Positions 11,337 through 24,535 of a stretch of 64,000 nucleotides of DNA are shown here, in pieces (the stretch's first letter is position 1; each line of letters starts with the position of its first letter). Made by a program: the position numbers and the translations under genes. Below the pieces are notes generated by a model, which was not told the DNA's origin, ran no database searches, and saw nothing but the letters and a program-made list of their open reading frames with translations. This DNA comes from Bilabrum cf. latius (Eukaryota): positions 1,178,001 to 1,242,000 of the forward strand of contig OZ237742.1 in NCBI GenBank assembly GCA_965178125.1, in the 5' to 3' direction.

Positions 11337-13844
11337 TTCCTCCTAGCCCTCCGCTGGCTGCTCCAGCCCTGGCGAGGGTGGGAACTGCGAGGACGAGGAC
11401 GTGCCTATCTGGCCGTTCTGCAGCAGCCCAGCCGCTCTCGGCCGCCGGGGGCGCCCTCGCCCTCCGCCGCAGTGCGCTGCATCCTCCCGTCCCACACCGC
11501 CGCTGGTCGCCCGGACGCTGGGAGAGTAGCACCCATCCTCCTCTTCTTCCTGCTCCTGCTCTTCTTCCTCTCCAACTTGATCGCCCCCCTGCTCCCCACC
11601 TGCGCCGTTCCCCTCCCAGTAGCCAGCTGCGGCCCCTTCACCCCCTCCTCCTCCACCTCTCCTGTGGGCTTGATCCTGCCACGATCTAGTTCTTGGGCAC
11701 TCGCGACCGGCGCTTCGTTGTTCCCTAGAGAACAACAGGATATTCTCCGGCTTGATGTCACGGTGCAGGACACCACGGGCGTGCATGTACGAGACAGCCT
11801 GCAGCAGCTGCGCCGCAGCACGGCGCGCGAGCCTTTCCCGGAAATTTCCCGCCTGCAGCAGCCGATCGAAGAGTTCGCCGCCGTCGGCCATCTCCGTCAC
11901 CACCAGCACCACGGGGCCCCCACCCGCGATTTCCGGCGGCAGCCGCGTCACGCCGCCCACGCGGCCGGCGCTCCCGCTGCTGCTATCACGGTGCAAGCCC
12001 GGCGGGCCGTTCGACGAACCGGTTGCAACCGATGCGGAAGGATGGTGTGATGAGTGCGACGGCGGCCTCCGGATGCTGAGGCCCATGCCGTCGCCGCCGG
12101 TCTGACCACCCCCTCTGCTGCCGCTGCCAAGGTGCAGCGGCGGCGGCCGACCGTCCCCGCCGGTTTCACCACCGTCAACGGACCCGCTGGTTTGGCCACC
12201 CGTATCCCCAGCTGCCCTGCCCGCCGCGCAGACGCCCTTGATGGAGGCCAGAAACTCCTCGCTCTCCCGACCCGAAGCGCCGCTGCCGCCATTCCCCGTG
12301 CCCCCGAAATGCAGGCCAGCACCAGAGGCAACCGCATGCGGCGCGCCGGAGCTGACGCCACCCGCGCCAGCGAACCTTCGCTCGTGTTCCCTACGAGTCC
12401 CTTCACCCTGCGGAGAAATCAGCTCCCAGGGAACAAGCAGCCCGCCCCCCTCGGCATCCGAGCCGCCGAGCCGCAGCCAGCCCGGAGGCACGGTGTGTGG
12501 GGGTGCGCCACCCTGACTCGACCCACAGCGACCCGCACGATGGTAACCCGCACTATGGTGACCCGCCGCGGCAGCCCCCGCACCACCAGCACTCGGTACA
12601 AGGGCAAGATCCCCCGCATCATCCCCAACCCCCCCTTCCTCCCCCCCCTCTTCCCCATCCCGAGCACTGTCACCGCCACCACTCCCACTCCCACCCTCGC
12701 GCCCCCTTGTTCCCTGGTCCACCGCAGGTCCCACGTCCTCGAACTCGCCCAGACCCCCGCAGAACACCCCGTGCAGCCGCACGATGTGCGGGTGCCTCAA
12801 AGAGGCCAGCACGCTCACCTCGCGCAGCACAGCGCGCGCCTGCTCTGAGGCAGATAGTCCGGCTCCGCCCCCCCCCGAGCCACCGGGGAACGACGAAGAC
12901 TATGAGGATGCCCCTGGCACAAGCCGCATGATCTTCACGGCGCGCTGGTGGCCGCTGGGCAGGTGCCTCGCGGAGTACACGGTGGCAAAGGCCCCGGAGC
13001 CGAGCACTTGCTCGAGGTCGTGCTCGCTCGCGAAGGCCTCGAGCGGCCTCACCACGATGGGCGGCCTCCTCCTCCTCTTGGTCCTCCTGCGAGGCCCCGG
13101 GCGGTTCTGTTCCCTGCGGGTGCTGTCCTCCGAGTAGTCCTAAGAGTACTCATCACCTTTGTCCTAAAACTAGCTGCGGTTGGTCTCCCTCTCGGGCGAC
13201 GGTCCGGCGGTAAATGCTGGGTGGTGCGTGGAGGCCTGGCGGACGGGCGTCTCGTCCGAAGACCCCGGACTTCCGGCATCCGAATCCAAACTTGGGGCCA
13301 AACTTGCATTCTCCGATAGTACTCGGTCTATGGATTCTCCTTTTTTGCCCAGTCCGTCGCTGTTCGGGACGTGCCTTTCCTGGTTCTGACTACTTCCTTC
13401 GGATTCGATCTGTTGGTCAACCCGGGCTGCAACCGCGTCCGACTAAGCATTGCGGTTGCTGGTCGTATTTGCCTGTTCCTACGGTGAATCCACACTGAGC
13501 TTCGATTTGGCGCCATCGGGGCCCATCTCTGAGCGCTGCCCGGCCGAACCACTTGCACTACACGTGTCGGGTTCTTCCCGGCGATTGCTTTCGGCTTGCG
13601 CGGAGTCCGCTGTGTTGCTTAGATGTGCAGTAGATGAAAATTTGTCTTTGTCATCGCTCAATGCCTCAGCGTTGCTGCCGTGGACCTCAGCAGGCTACTG
13701 TTCTGGCCTTGATTCAGATTCTGCTGCATCCTTCAACGCAGTTGTGGACGTTGGCAGCAGCACAAACACAGCTGTCGCCCCAATCGCTATGCCTGCGAGT
13801 AGCAACGCTGTTCCTTGGAGCCATGGGCTTTGCAGCCTGTCCAT
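7812..13844 (-). CDS. Ser/Thr protein kinase (CAMK-group-like), ~2010 aa, N-terminal hydrophobic segment and large low-complexity insertions
   Basis: One frame from ATG 13844 (or 13910) to TGA 7812 with 12 TAGs. Motifs in order: LGSGAFATVY, AVK, LREV..LRHPHIVRL, EMADGGELFDRL, HRDIKPEN, KLCDFG, GSPQYLAPE, DIWSCGVVLY, RPTAHECLQHPW. Confidence 0.88.
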
Positions 13845-14206
13845 GCGGCACAGACTGACATCCAGCAAAACGTCCGTCGCGGTTCTCGCTCCGAATCGCG
13901 GAGAATACATCTTCCAGCAGCTTTTTGAAGGCAGCTTATCGGTTTATCGAATAAACCCGTCTGGTGATGAGAAAATAGTACGAAAAGTGCATGTTCGCTG
14001 GGTGTTTACAGGCTAGATGACGTTCTATTGGCAACACACGGCACAGACCACATACCACGGCAAGCCGTCCGTCGCCACCATCTACTCCCGCAGCCCCCCT
14101 ACTCTGCGCAGCCAGCCACTTGCTGTCACTGCAAACCCCAAACACCCTTCCACCAGTCCTCACAACTTCAAGAACTTCCATATGCCTCATTGCACAGGAT
14201 GCAAAT

Positions 14207-14996
14207 TCAGGCATCGAGCACGCAGGCGCCGCCAACAGACTTGATCTTCTTCTCGGCCAGAGTGGAGAAGAAGCGAGCCTTCACGATCACGGGCAGCTTG
14301 GGGAGCTCGCCCTTGCCGAGCAGCTTAGTGATGCCGCGGGCAGTCAGGTCGATCACGGGAGCCTGGCCAGAGCCGGCCTTGGCCTGGGCCTCCTTGGCTA
14401 CCTCGTCGCCCACCAGGGACCACAGCTTGTCAACGTTGATCTCCTTGCTGTAGTACTGGTTGTTGGTCTTGTGGAAATAGCGCATACCAAGCTTTCCGAA
14501 GTAACCAGGGTGGAACCGGTCGAACAGGATCCGGTGGTGGTGCTGGCCACCAGCGTTACCGCGGCCACCGGGATGGCTACGGTGCTTACCAACGCGACCG
14601 TGACCGGCCGACACGTGTCCGCGCTTCTTCCTGTTCTTCTTCAAGGTAGTCGGCTGCGATGCAAGTGAGCCAAAGGCAAAGACGGCAGTACAGTGCGTGA
14701 GAGCAAGGGATACTACACTGCCACAGGTCTTTCAAGAGCCTCGCAAGGTCGAACACCACCGATGGCCGGCATGCACGCGGTGTTCTTCGTTTAAGACTAC
14801 TTAAAATGCAAAGGTTACAATCTGGACGCCTCAAAGTCACGACCAAGACTGCCAACCACCGACCAGCATGTTGCAGTGCGGCAACCTGCCTGAATCCTCC
14901 CAACGATAGCAATCTTCAGGCCTTTCAGCTGATTAAAGAAACCATACACAATCCTTTCATACCAATACTGGTCTGAATCACCACTAGACTCACCAT
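14207..14996 (-). CDS. RPL27A: 60S ribosomal protein L27a (uL15), exons 14996-14994 (ATG only) and 14653-14207
   Basis: [65 protein letters not shown] is followed directly by GTGAGT; acceptor TCGCAG at 14654; TGA stop; no TAG. Confidence 0.96.
14654..14993 (-). other. Intron of RPL27a (340 bp) directly after the start codon
   Basis: ATG|GTGAGT ... GCTCAC..TCGCAG|CCG ACT ACC. Confidence 0.85.
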
Positions 14997-15259
14997 GGTA
15001 CCCGGTAAACACTTTTTGAGGCGGACTGGCTGGCAATGGTGATCGGATCAACATGCCCAAACTATTACCTTACTAAATACGATTTTTCTGTGTACGCATC
15101 CGATGCAAGCCAAAATGTCTATCGAAAGCATCCTCAGCAGATATGATAATGTTTGTATTAACGGTTCCCTGGAATCGCGAGCTTTTTTTTCTTCTAATCC
15201 CCATTTGCCCATGGAATCGATCCGAACTTCAACTGCAACTGGTCGCCTTGGTTTCAATT

Positions 15260-18200
15260 TCAATACTGCCTCATGGGCGCTTTCTTGAACACCCCAGACG
15301 TCCACGCTCCTGCACCATCTCCAGAAAATCCAGCGTTTGCTAGAACGGACATCGACATGCGAACGACCGTTTCGTCTGCAAGCCCGCCGTGCTCCTTCCC
15401 AGCCAGCATCAGCTGGGACGCTGCCGCCAAGTCCACCGCGCCCCCGGCACCCCCGTCCTTCGCGCTTGGAAGCGCAAATACCCTAAGTCCTCCATTCGGC
15501 GCCCGCGCCTCCTCCTGCACCCTGTCCCTCGACCAAGCCGGCGCTCCATCCTCCCCTGCTGCTGCGGCGCCCGCGCCCGGAGGCAGGGGCACGAGCGCAG
15601 TCATGGGCTCCTGGGGAGCGGCCATGGCCCCCCGCCCCGTCGTTCCCTCCTTGAACGGCAGCCGCACCCCTTCATGGACCAGCCTCGAATACCGGAACAT
15701 CCTCTCCCGCCACTCCACCCCCCCTTGCCTCTGCTTGGCGTGCTCGGAGAGGAGCTTGACGTACCAGTGCGACATGAACGAGCAGCCGTCCGCATCGCTG
15801 GCCGCCCCTGCGTGCTGGTACGCGTCCGCTGCTCCCGCCAGGGCGAGGGCTCGGGCGAGGCCCGGGGCCTAACCCGGAGCCGGATCCGATCGATGCCTCA
15901 AGTCCGCCTCGCTCGGGTGCGTGTCGGTGCGGTCGCCCGGCGGACTGCAGCCACCGTCGCCCCCCGGCGACGCTCGGCACTTGTTGCACCGGAACTCGGG
16001 CAGGATCACGGCCCTGCCAGAGGCCGCCGCGAGCGCGAAGGCAGCCTGCAGTGCACGGTCCTGCTCCTGCAGACTGGTGCCGGGGTCGTCGCCCACGAGC
16101 TCAAGGTACCGCCGCCCTGACCCGGAATAATAACCCCCGTCCGACCCCGGGGGCCACACGGTCCCCGTGGCGGGGGCGCGACCAAGGGCCTGGAACGACT
16201 ATGTGACGAGTGAGGGCGCCCCCTTGCCCCCCTCTCCGAGCCGGATGGGCCTCACCATGCCCTGGGGGATGGACTTGTGCGGCGGCGCCGCGCTTCCTGG
16301 TTCCGCAGGGGCGGGCGGCAGGCTGTCCACGAGCCACTGCCTCATTTCCTTGAATCTGTACACCTTGGCCTCCGTGCCAACCACCCAGTTGTTGTGCACC
16401 ACCAGGGGACACCGCGTGTCGGACTCCGCGGGGTCCGTCCGGCGCGAGCCCCCCGAGGGGGAGGAGGACGAGGACTCCCGGCCACCAAGAGGCACAGCAA
16501 GAGCGCGCACCGCCTCCTCCTCACTCGTCACACCATCAACATCGCTCGTCACACCCTCGTACCCGGTCTGGAACACCCCGCCCCTGCCTTCCCGCAGCAG
16601 CCCAGCCTTCACCTCGGCCTGCCCCCGCGCCTGCTCTGGCAGCGCCTGAGGGCCCCACACCTCCCCGTACACCGGCCTGTCTTGTTCCCTGAACGGGCAC
16701 GGTCGGACCCAGGCGAAGGCCCGTCTCTGCAGCTGGCCCTTCCCCCGCTGCTCGAAGTATAGCTTGCCGCAGGGAAACCGCCTGTTGTCCAGCACGCGCA
16801 CCGTCAGCTGCTTGCCATTGACCGTCACGCCGGTCTGGCCCTTCTTGGCGGCTGCGCCGGCCAGTTTCTCCAGCGCCATGTTGACGGCTGGCTGCTGGCG
16901 GATGGGCTTCGAAGACGATAGCGGGATCCGTAAGGCCTCCCCCAGGAAATTGAGGCCCTGGGGGGTGGCTCTCACCAGCACGAAGCCGCTGTTCCGGTCC
17001 CCAGCGTCGTCGTCCTGGATAGCCACGTGCGGCAGCCCCTCCCTCGCCTGGCTGCCCAGGTGCGGGGTGCGGTCGTCCCGCAGGCCAAGAGCGCCCAGAG
17101 CGTCGTGCTCGAAGACGATGTCCCCGTCTACAAGAAGGGAATCCAGGCCCAGGGACACCGTCGCCATGACCACCTCCGTCTTGATGTTGACCATCCTGGC
17201 GAAGGAGGCGGTGCCGTAGGACCCACCCGCCATGTCGTCCCCGCCAGGGTACTCCCAGCACTCGTACGACCGCTGCAGCGGAACCGGCGCCGCGCCCGAG
17301 TCGGGGTGCCGCGCGCGGAACTCCCGCAGAGCCACCTGCTCCGCCCACGGGCTCTCGGGCCCCGCTGGCGGCGCCGCGCCGATCCCGTTGCGGAACCTCG
17401 CCAGCGCGGCGTGCCGGAGGGCCACCTGGTCCAGCTCCGCGCACGCCCCGGCGTTCATGGCGACTACGAGGACGTTGTCCGTGCCGAACCTAAGAACGTT
17501 CGTCACGAGCTGGTTGACCAGCATGGGGATGTAGCCCCTGTCGCCCACCGCCACGATCACGCTGCCCGAACCCTTGCTCGCCCGCCTGGCAGCCTCGCGG
17601 AAGGAGGCCTCGCTGAGGAGCTTGGAGGGGGGCAGGGGGCGGCCCCCCGGGGGCAGGGTGACGGGGGGGGCCAGCTCGGGGATCATCTCGATCGGGGGGC
17701 GCGGCGGGGCGTCGAGAAGTTCCGCAGGGGCCGGATGCGCGGCGCCGGTATCTTCGGTGGGTTTCTCGGGCGCGGGGGCTGCGGGGCTGGCGCTGACTGC
17801 GGGGCCGTCTGGGTGCAAGGGGTTCCCCTCCTTCGATTCGGGGTCACCGCCTGCCCCGCTGCCTTCGGTGGCGGTGCTTTTGCCGTCTGCGGGAGGAAGC
17901 TGCGCGCCGCTTCCCGGCTCGGGGAGCGCTTCCGGCGATGCTGATGCTTCCGGGACGACTGGCTCTGGTGAGGGCAAAACAGCCACCGATTTCGATTCGC
18001 TGGGAGGCGTGTGTTTCTCGGTTCTAGTCGTCTGCTCGGGCTGCCCGCTCGAAGCTCCCCCGAGCCGTAGCAAGTCCTGCAGCTACTGCTCATTGATTTC
18101 CGACGGAACTGCTTTGAGCACATCAGGCAAATCTTGCAAATTTACCTCGTGTATCTAAGAAATGCCCGGCGTCTCGGCAGTCGGCTGGCTGGGCGTTGGC

Positions 18201-18406
18201 TGCGCCTTGTGCACGAGCTCTCCTTGTCCTGGCTGCAGGTGCCCAGATCGAAGGCTGCCGTGTCCCCATCGCACACTGATAAGAATAAGAGCAACCACTG
18301 CTACTGCAAGCAAACAACGCCACTGCGGCATCCATGTTGGACAAACGGTCGCCTAGCCAAGCCTGGACTTGGTTCCACTTGGCACGGATCTAGACTTTGC
18401 CGGCAT
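15260..18406 (-). CDS. Type II membrane nucleotide-diphospho-sugar glycosyltransferase (GT77-like), ~1048 aa
   Basis: Short cytosolic tail, TM segment (CLLAVAVVALILISV), Pro-rich stem, then FARMVNIK, SLLVDGDIVF (DxD), NSGFVLVRAT, RQQPAVN, LDNRRFPCG and VVHNNW..AKVYRFKEMRQW. Five in-frame TAGs; TGA at 15260. Start is 18406 or 18331. Confidence 0.8.
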
Positions 18407-18642
18407 GCCCTCAAGTCAAGAGCAACCCTAAACGATACTTGGATTGATTCAATGTGCTGCAGCTACGTTGAAGAGCCTTATGATCGCCCTGTCGGGCACG
18501 TATAGCGGCAGTACCGCAGGCTGCCGGTCGCCAATCCGGAGCAGCAGCCGCCGCAGCAGCCGCGGATTCGATGCGCGCTGGCAATACGAAATTACCACGA
18601 TCTCTCTTTGTGAAACACACGGCGCTGAGTGCAAAGGTGGCA

Positions 18643-21600
18643 TTAAAACCCGCCTCCCGCCCCGCTGCCAAACGCATACTCGTCGGAAGGCTCCGACGAC
18701 GCATCCCCGATCGACGGCGGCCTCGAGCTCCCCGGCGACATCCCGATCCCCACACTTTCCCTCCGAAAAGCAGCCCCCCTGCCGCCACGCGCCCCTGCGC
18801 CCGCGAACGACTTCATCGCGATGCGGCTCGGTGCACCGGCGCTGCTCCCACTCCCGTTCCCGCGCGCGGCGCCGGTTCCGCTGCCAGCGCTGGGCCCACC
18901 CTGCGGCGTGGTCGGCAGGGCGGTGTCCAAGTCCGGCATCCCGCCGAACGTCGCGGCGCCGGACCCGGTTCCGCTGCCGGAACGCGTGCTAGAGTGGGGC
19001 GACCTGATCTGCCCTGGCAGGCCTCCACCGCTCCCGGTGCGGCGGGACGAGGCCTCTGAACCTGACGGCCCACCGCCCGCCACGATCCTGGGCAGCATCG
19101 GGGGCGCGCCGCCCTTGAAGCCCCCTCCTGCGCCTCCCCCCGCCCCTCCTCCTTTGGACTTGGACATGAAATCGCTGAGGCCCCGCTTGGTGGGCTGCCC
19201 CCCTCCCGCCGCCGTGTTCTTCTTCCTATCCTCCGCCTCTTTCTTCTCCTTGTTCTGCCTGATTACGTCCTGCACCGCCTGCCTCAGGTACACGGACGGC
19301 CGCTTGCCGTGCATGCCCCTGCCTGCGCCTGCACCGCCCGCAGCAGGACCGCCCCCCAGTTCACCCAAGCCCTCCTCGTCGTCCTCCCCGTCCTCGTCAT
19401 CCTCCTCTTCGTCGTACCTGTCCTGCAGCTCATCCATCTCCGTCATCCACTCGGGATGCACCGCGGTGGCCACGTGGTCCGCCAATCGGCCAGGCAGAGC
19501 CACAGGGTCCCATCGCCGGTCTCCCGTCACTCCGTCGTCCACGCCACCCCGCATGAAATCCACGGCCATCCTGCCACATGCTTCGGACGCCTCTTCTAGG
19601 ACCTTCGGGTCGATGTCTGCGCGGCACATGAGCACTCGCCTCCCGATCGTGTACACGGCCCCGGCCTGCGCAGGCGCCTGCAGGACGAGTTCCTCCCACC
19701 TGTCGCCCGTGCGGTCGGGGGGGCCCCAGGTCAGCCGCAGCACGTTCCGGAAGAGCTTCGTCACGGCTTTTCGCTTGCCGTGCGGCAGGTACTGAGCAAA
19801 CAGGCCGGCAATCACCCTGAAGTCCGCGTGAAGCTGCACCGCCCTCGGGTCCTGAGCGGTCCACCCCTCCCTCTTCCCCACCGTCAGTCCCATGAAGCTC
19901 CGGGGAACAACGGACTCGGGCATCACCTCTTTGCTCATCATGCTCACCAGATACCGCTTCAGCAAGTTGAAGAGGGTGCCCAGCGCCAGGACCTCGAATG
20001 CCTCAGGCCGAAGCCACTGCTGGCCCACGCCTGCCGGGCGGCCGTCGGGTCCGTACGCGTCTCCCAAGAGGCTAAATATCTGGGACAGACGCGCCACGGA
20101 CCGGTACAAAGCCGGCTGCGCGGCATCCGCTCGGATTGCCTTGGGCGCTCTGTGATCGTCGTCCCCGTCACTGTCTACCGTCTCGCCCTGCTGTGCCTTG
20201 ATCCAGCCCGTCCCCTTGAAGAGGTAGTTGAGCAGCTGAGGCGCCGCCTCCCCGGCGCCGGGGTCGGTTTCCGTGATCATGTCCGTGACGAGCGCCGTCA
20301 GAATGTCAACGGACATGTGGTGGAAGGTCTGCAGGGACTTGAGAGACCTGTCGATGACCTGGGCCTCCCCCCCGAGGTCATCCAAGAAGAGGTTGTGGCC
20401 CCGGGCCGCCCCAGGCCCTCGCCCCCCCGCGCCGCTCATGGGGCCACCTGCCCCAGCGCCCGGTCCCGCGCCCTCCAGATGCACCCCGCTGCCCGCGTGC
20501 CTCGCTGCATCGAAGAGCTCTGCGAACTGGCTGCGCTCTGCCTCGATCACCTCCGTGTGCTTCTGCTTGTACTTGTCCCGCACCACGTCCCTGACCTTTG
20601 CGATGTCGTTGATGACCCGTGCGCACAGCTTGAGCTTCTTGGAAAGCCTCCACTTGTCCGTGTCGTACATGGTCTGGAGATACTCGGCCTCCTCTCCAGC
20701 GAAATCGATCGACAGCTGGCACACCTTGCCCAGCAGCTGCCGCTGCAGCAGCGCCGAGCCAGAGCCGACCGAGTGTCCAACGTGCAGGTCGATCACTGAG
20801 AATAGTCTCTGAGGGCCCGTGGTGATCGCGTGCTTCCCGTCGGACGAGTTGAGCTGCTTCTGCGTCGAGGGCACAACCAAGAGCGATAGAACCTTGTCGA
20901 CGGACGTCTTGATGGCCTTGCCGATGATCTCGGCATACGCCTCTGCGAGCGCCTGGCGAATCTCCATGAGCTGCTTGAAGCTCGTGTCCTCCTGCTCCGT
21001 CAGCTGGATCTTGGTGCGGGCAAGCGCACCGAGCCTGCTGGCAGCGTACTGCTCGATGGCTACGACGACCCTCATTACCACTTCCTGGGTCACGCGAGCA
21101 AACATGGCAGGGTCCTGCCCCTGGGCCCGGGCCAGCGACACGGTGGCTGCAGTATCCATGCCGATGGCAATGCCGGCGACGATGGCGGCCGCCTGCTCCC
21201 CGTTCATGGCGCCCTGCGACAGCGCCCTGAGGACGGTTTTCTGCCGCGCCTCGCTGGCCCTCTGCACCGCTTGCACGCACTCGATCCCCGCGCTGAGCGT
21301 CTCCTCCAGCTCCAGCAGCTCCTCGGCGTCCTCCACGCTGTCGTCCACCGGTGGCCGCGCCGCAGCGGATGAGGCAGCCCTCTCCTCGTAGCTCTGCTGC
21401 GCCTCTGCCATGATGCCCAGGGCCTGCTCCGACCCAGCCGCCACCATGCCCTGCCTCATGGCGGTGGCTCGGTCCTGCCCGCCCGCGCCTGCAGACACGT
21501 ATGCCTTGTCCGCCTCCTGCAGCATCGTCTGCAGCCAGCTCGGGAGTCGGCTTCTAAGCGCGCCCACGTCTATCGTACCCCCGCCGTTACCGCCGCTGGG

Positions 21601-24535
21601 CGCATCGTCCGCAATAGAATCGTCAGAGTCTATAGAGATGGCGCGCATCCGAGTCGCTGCCGGTGCCGGTGCAGGTGCCTGTGCAGGTGTCGGCGCGGGT
21701 GCCTGTGCGGGTGTCTGCTCTGGTGCTGGCCTGAACGCGAGCGCTGTCGATGGCGCAGTGACGCCCACAGCGACGCGTGCCCCGGCCCCAGACCCAGCCC
21801 CAGCCCCTCCACTACTGGTGCGAGACGAAGTGCCGCTTGTGCCGTTGGGATGTGTCTGTGCAGGCAGTTCCGGCGCGACCACCTTTTGCGGGGCCGGTGC
21901 AGCCGCGCTCTCGGTGGTGGGTGCTAGTGGGGCTGAGGCCGAGGCAGCGGCCGCACCCCCTTGCTTCGGCGCCTTCTTCTGTTCCCTGGCCGGGCTAGCA
22001 GTGCCTTTCTTCACTTTCATCATGCGGAGCTTCGCGGCCGGTGGCGCGTGCCTCGCCCCCACTGATCCTCTCCTTCTGAAGTTTCTCTCGGGCGGCTTGG
22101 CGGCCTCCTCCAGCGCAGCAATCCTCTGCTGGTAGTGTGCGCTGATTTCCTCTGTCCTGGCCTAGATGCGAGCCGCTCGCCTGGCCCGCTTCAGCCTCAA
22201 CAGGGCGTCTGCCAGGGCGGCCGCCTCCCGTTGTTCCCTGGTGGATCCCAGCTGCACAGCCTCGATCATCTCTTCAGTGGCCCCTTTGTCATCGAGCTTC
22301 GAGGGAACGCGGAACACCAGCTCGGTGCCCCACAGCTCCTGTGCCGGTGACGCCTTGCCCCGGCCACCCTTCTTTGCCCTGGAATCCAGCACCGCCTGTG
22401 ACCGTGCCACGCACCCGTCGTGCAGCCACCTTGCCCGCTGCGACACGGCGCCCTGATCCGCTTCCGGGGGCGCCTACCGGACGCGCACCACCACCTCTCG
22501 CTTGAGCTTCTTGGCTACCTTTTTGTGCTTCCGTTTCTGCAGGTCGTACTGCTTCTCGCAGAGCTCGACGAGCTCCAGAGGCACCTGCGCTGCTGGCTTC
22601 CCCGTGGGCACCTCGTCGGCTGAGGAGAATAGAATCTCCTCCTCGCCCTCTTCCTCCAGCGGAGGGTACCCCGCGTCCTCGTGGGAGGTGTACACGTACA
22701 AAAAACCGCGGAGCACCCTAAAATAGACGGATTTCCAAGAGTGGGTGGGTGCCTGTGCCGCCGTTTCCTCCTTGGCAGCACCTGCGCCGCCGGTTGCAGC
22801 GCCCGTCGCAGCGCCGTCTGCCTCCTCAGTAACCTGCATCTTGACGTCGCACTCGTACCAGATCTGCTCCCCGAGCGCCGCGGACGTCTCCTCGAACTTG
22901 CCGTCCCTGATCTCAGTGAGGCCCAGCAGCTGCTCGTCCGTCTTGGGCTCGGCGTCCTTCTCTCCCACCGCAGCCAGCTTCAACTGGAGCTCCGCGCGCA
23001 CTTCCTCCAGCGCCACTCGCGCCTGTTCTACCCCCGGGTCCTCTTCGTCTGAGTCTGGCCCTTCGTCCTCGTCCTCGTCCTCATCCGAGCCCGCACCGGC
23101 GCCCGTTGCGTCGCTATCCACGTCATCTGAGGCGGCAGTGTCGTCTGTATCGGAGTCACTCCCGGGGCTTGAATCGTCGCTGTCGCCGGACGCCTTGATA
23201 GTTTCCAGCCCTGCCCCCGCACTGACACCGACGCCGACGCCTATGCCTCCACCAGCTCCCGCACCAGCTCCGCTACCTGCAGCGGCGCCATGTCCTTGCT
23301 GAGGAACGGCATCGTCAGCAGCAGCAGCAGCAGCCCCCGCTCGCACCGCCTGCGTTGGGGCTGCTTCTTGCTCTAATGCAGCCGCGGATGGCGCGGAAGA
23401 CGAGACGGTGGCTGCCCCCACCGGTGGGGGCAGGATATCCCCTGGCCCTGCCCCCGGTCCAGGCCCCAGCAAGTCGCTGATCGAGTCACCACCCCCCACG
23501 ACCACGGCAGGCCGGCGGGACTGACGGCGCTGCATGGTGACCCGCGAGTCATCGAACGCGCTGATATCATTGCCAGACGCGCGCTGCCCCCCAGCCCCCC
23601 CGCCATCCCGCCCAGAGTCAGCCGCGCCACCACCGCCATACTGGTCGAATCCCGCTCCCTCACTTGCCGTACCTATCCCTGTCCCATCCAGACCATCGCC
23701 GGGCGCCACGGCTTCACCCCCACCGTCCTCGAATCCCCCTCCGGCCGCAGTGGCCGCGGCCTCCGCCTCCCGCCTCGCCCTCTGCGCAGATGACAGCGGC
23801 AGCTCGATGGGCGCCTTCTCTGCGACGTAGAGCGCGTGCATGTCCGCTAGGATCTTCACTCTGCCGGCCTGTGCGAGGGACTCTGCTCTCAGTCGTAGCT
23901 CCGAGTGGTCCTCGAACGTGATGGTTATCTCTGCGTCGTAGTCTGACGTCACCTCGGCCACGCGCGCCAGAGCCACCGCTCCAAGCGGGTTCGACATCGG
24001 GGTGCTATCGCTGTCATAGTAGGTCAGAAACCCGTTGCGCGCGCGAAAATGGCGTGTAACCCATGAACCTGTTAGTGTGTACTTTTTCAAGTAGCAATCG
24101 GAGCTTCTTAGAAATTCCTGCGTTGGCGAGAATGGCGTGAAGGCGTGGTTCGGTGAGTGGTGCGGCTAGCTTCAACCCTTCAGAACTCGGAAATGCAGGC
24201 ACGCTGGAAGAGGGTCGCATGATACATGAAGCTCACATCATTCTGTTCCGTCGCGCGCTGTGGGACGGCCTCTCGCTTGAACACGCATCGAAACCGGCTG
24301 CGGAGGAAGGTGTGGGAGATTGCAGCTATTCGATATGGCAAATGATGAAGTAAAGAGCAACAGTTATATATAGTGCGTGAATTATTTTTGGTCGGGTTGA
24401 CGCTCAAGCACAAGCCATAGTCTCATAAGTGCCGCTCAACCAAGCGAGACGTTCGGCAACCGAAACATTGGGGACAGGATTTGAGGCTCACAGCTGGTCT
24501 TCTGCTTCAAGATCGATGCCACCACAGCATGCCAT
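18643..24535 (-). CDS. Large protein with two PH-like domains and a Sec6/EXOC3-like helical region; exons 24535-24492, 24297-24237, 24117-18643
   Basis: N-terminus MACCGG. PH-like YLKKYTLTGSWVTRHFRARNGFLTYY..LGAVAL and WKSVYFRVLRGFLYVY; Sec6-like TTGPQRLFSVID and LCARVIND. Two GTGAGC..CGCAG introns keep phase. TAGs at 22474 and 22162; ends in TAA. The Sec6 assignment is tentative. Confidence 0.7.
24118..24236 (-). other. Intron 2 of PH/Sec6-like gene (119 bp)
   Basis: GTGAGC..AACGCAG, phase 0; removes an in-frame TGA. Confidence 0.75.
24298..24491 (-). other. Intron 1 of PH/Sec6-like gene (194 bp)
   Basis: GTGAGC..TCCGCAG, phase 2; joins EDQL-RFRC. Confidence 0.7.

Noticed and set aside
14654-14993. 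Intronic snoRNA in the RPL27a intron
   Set aside because: CTGA motifs are present, but there is no clear C box or terminal stem; a covariance-model search would be needed.
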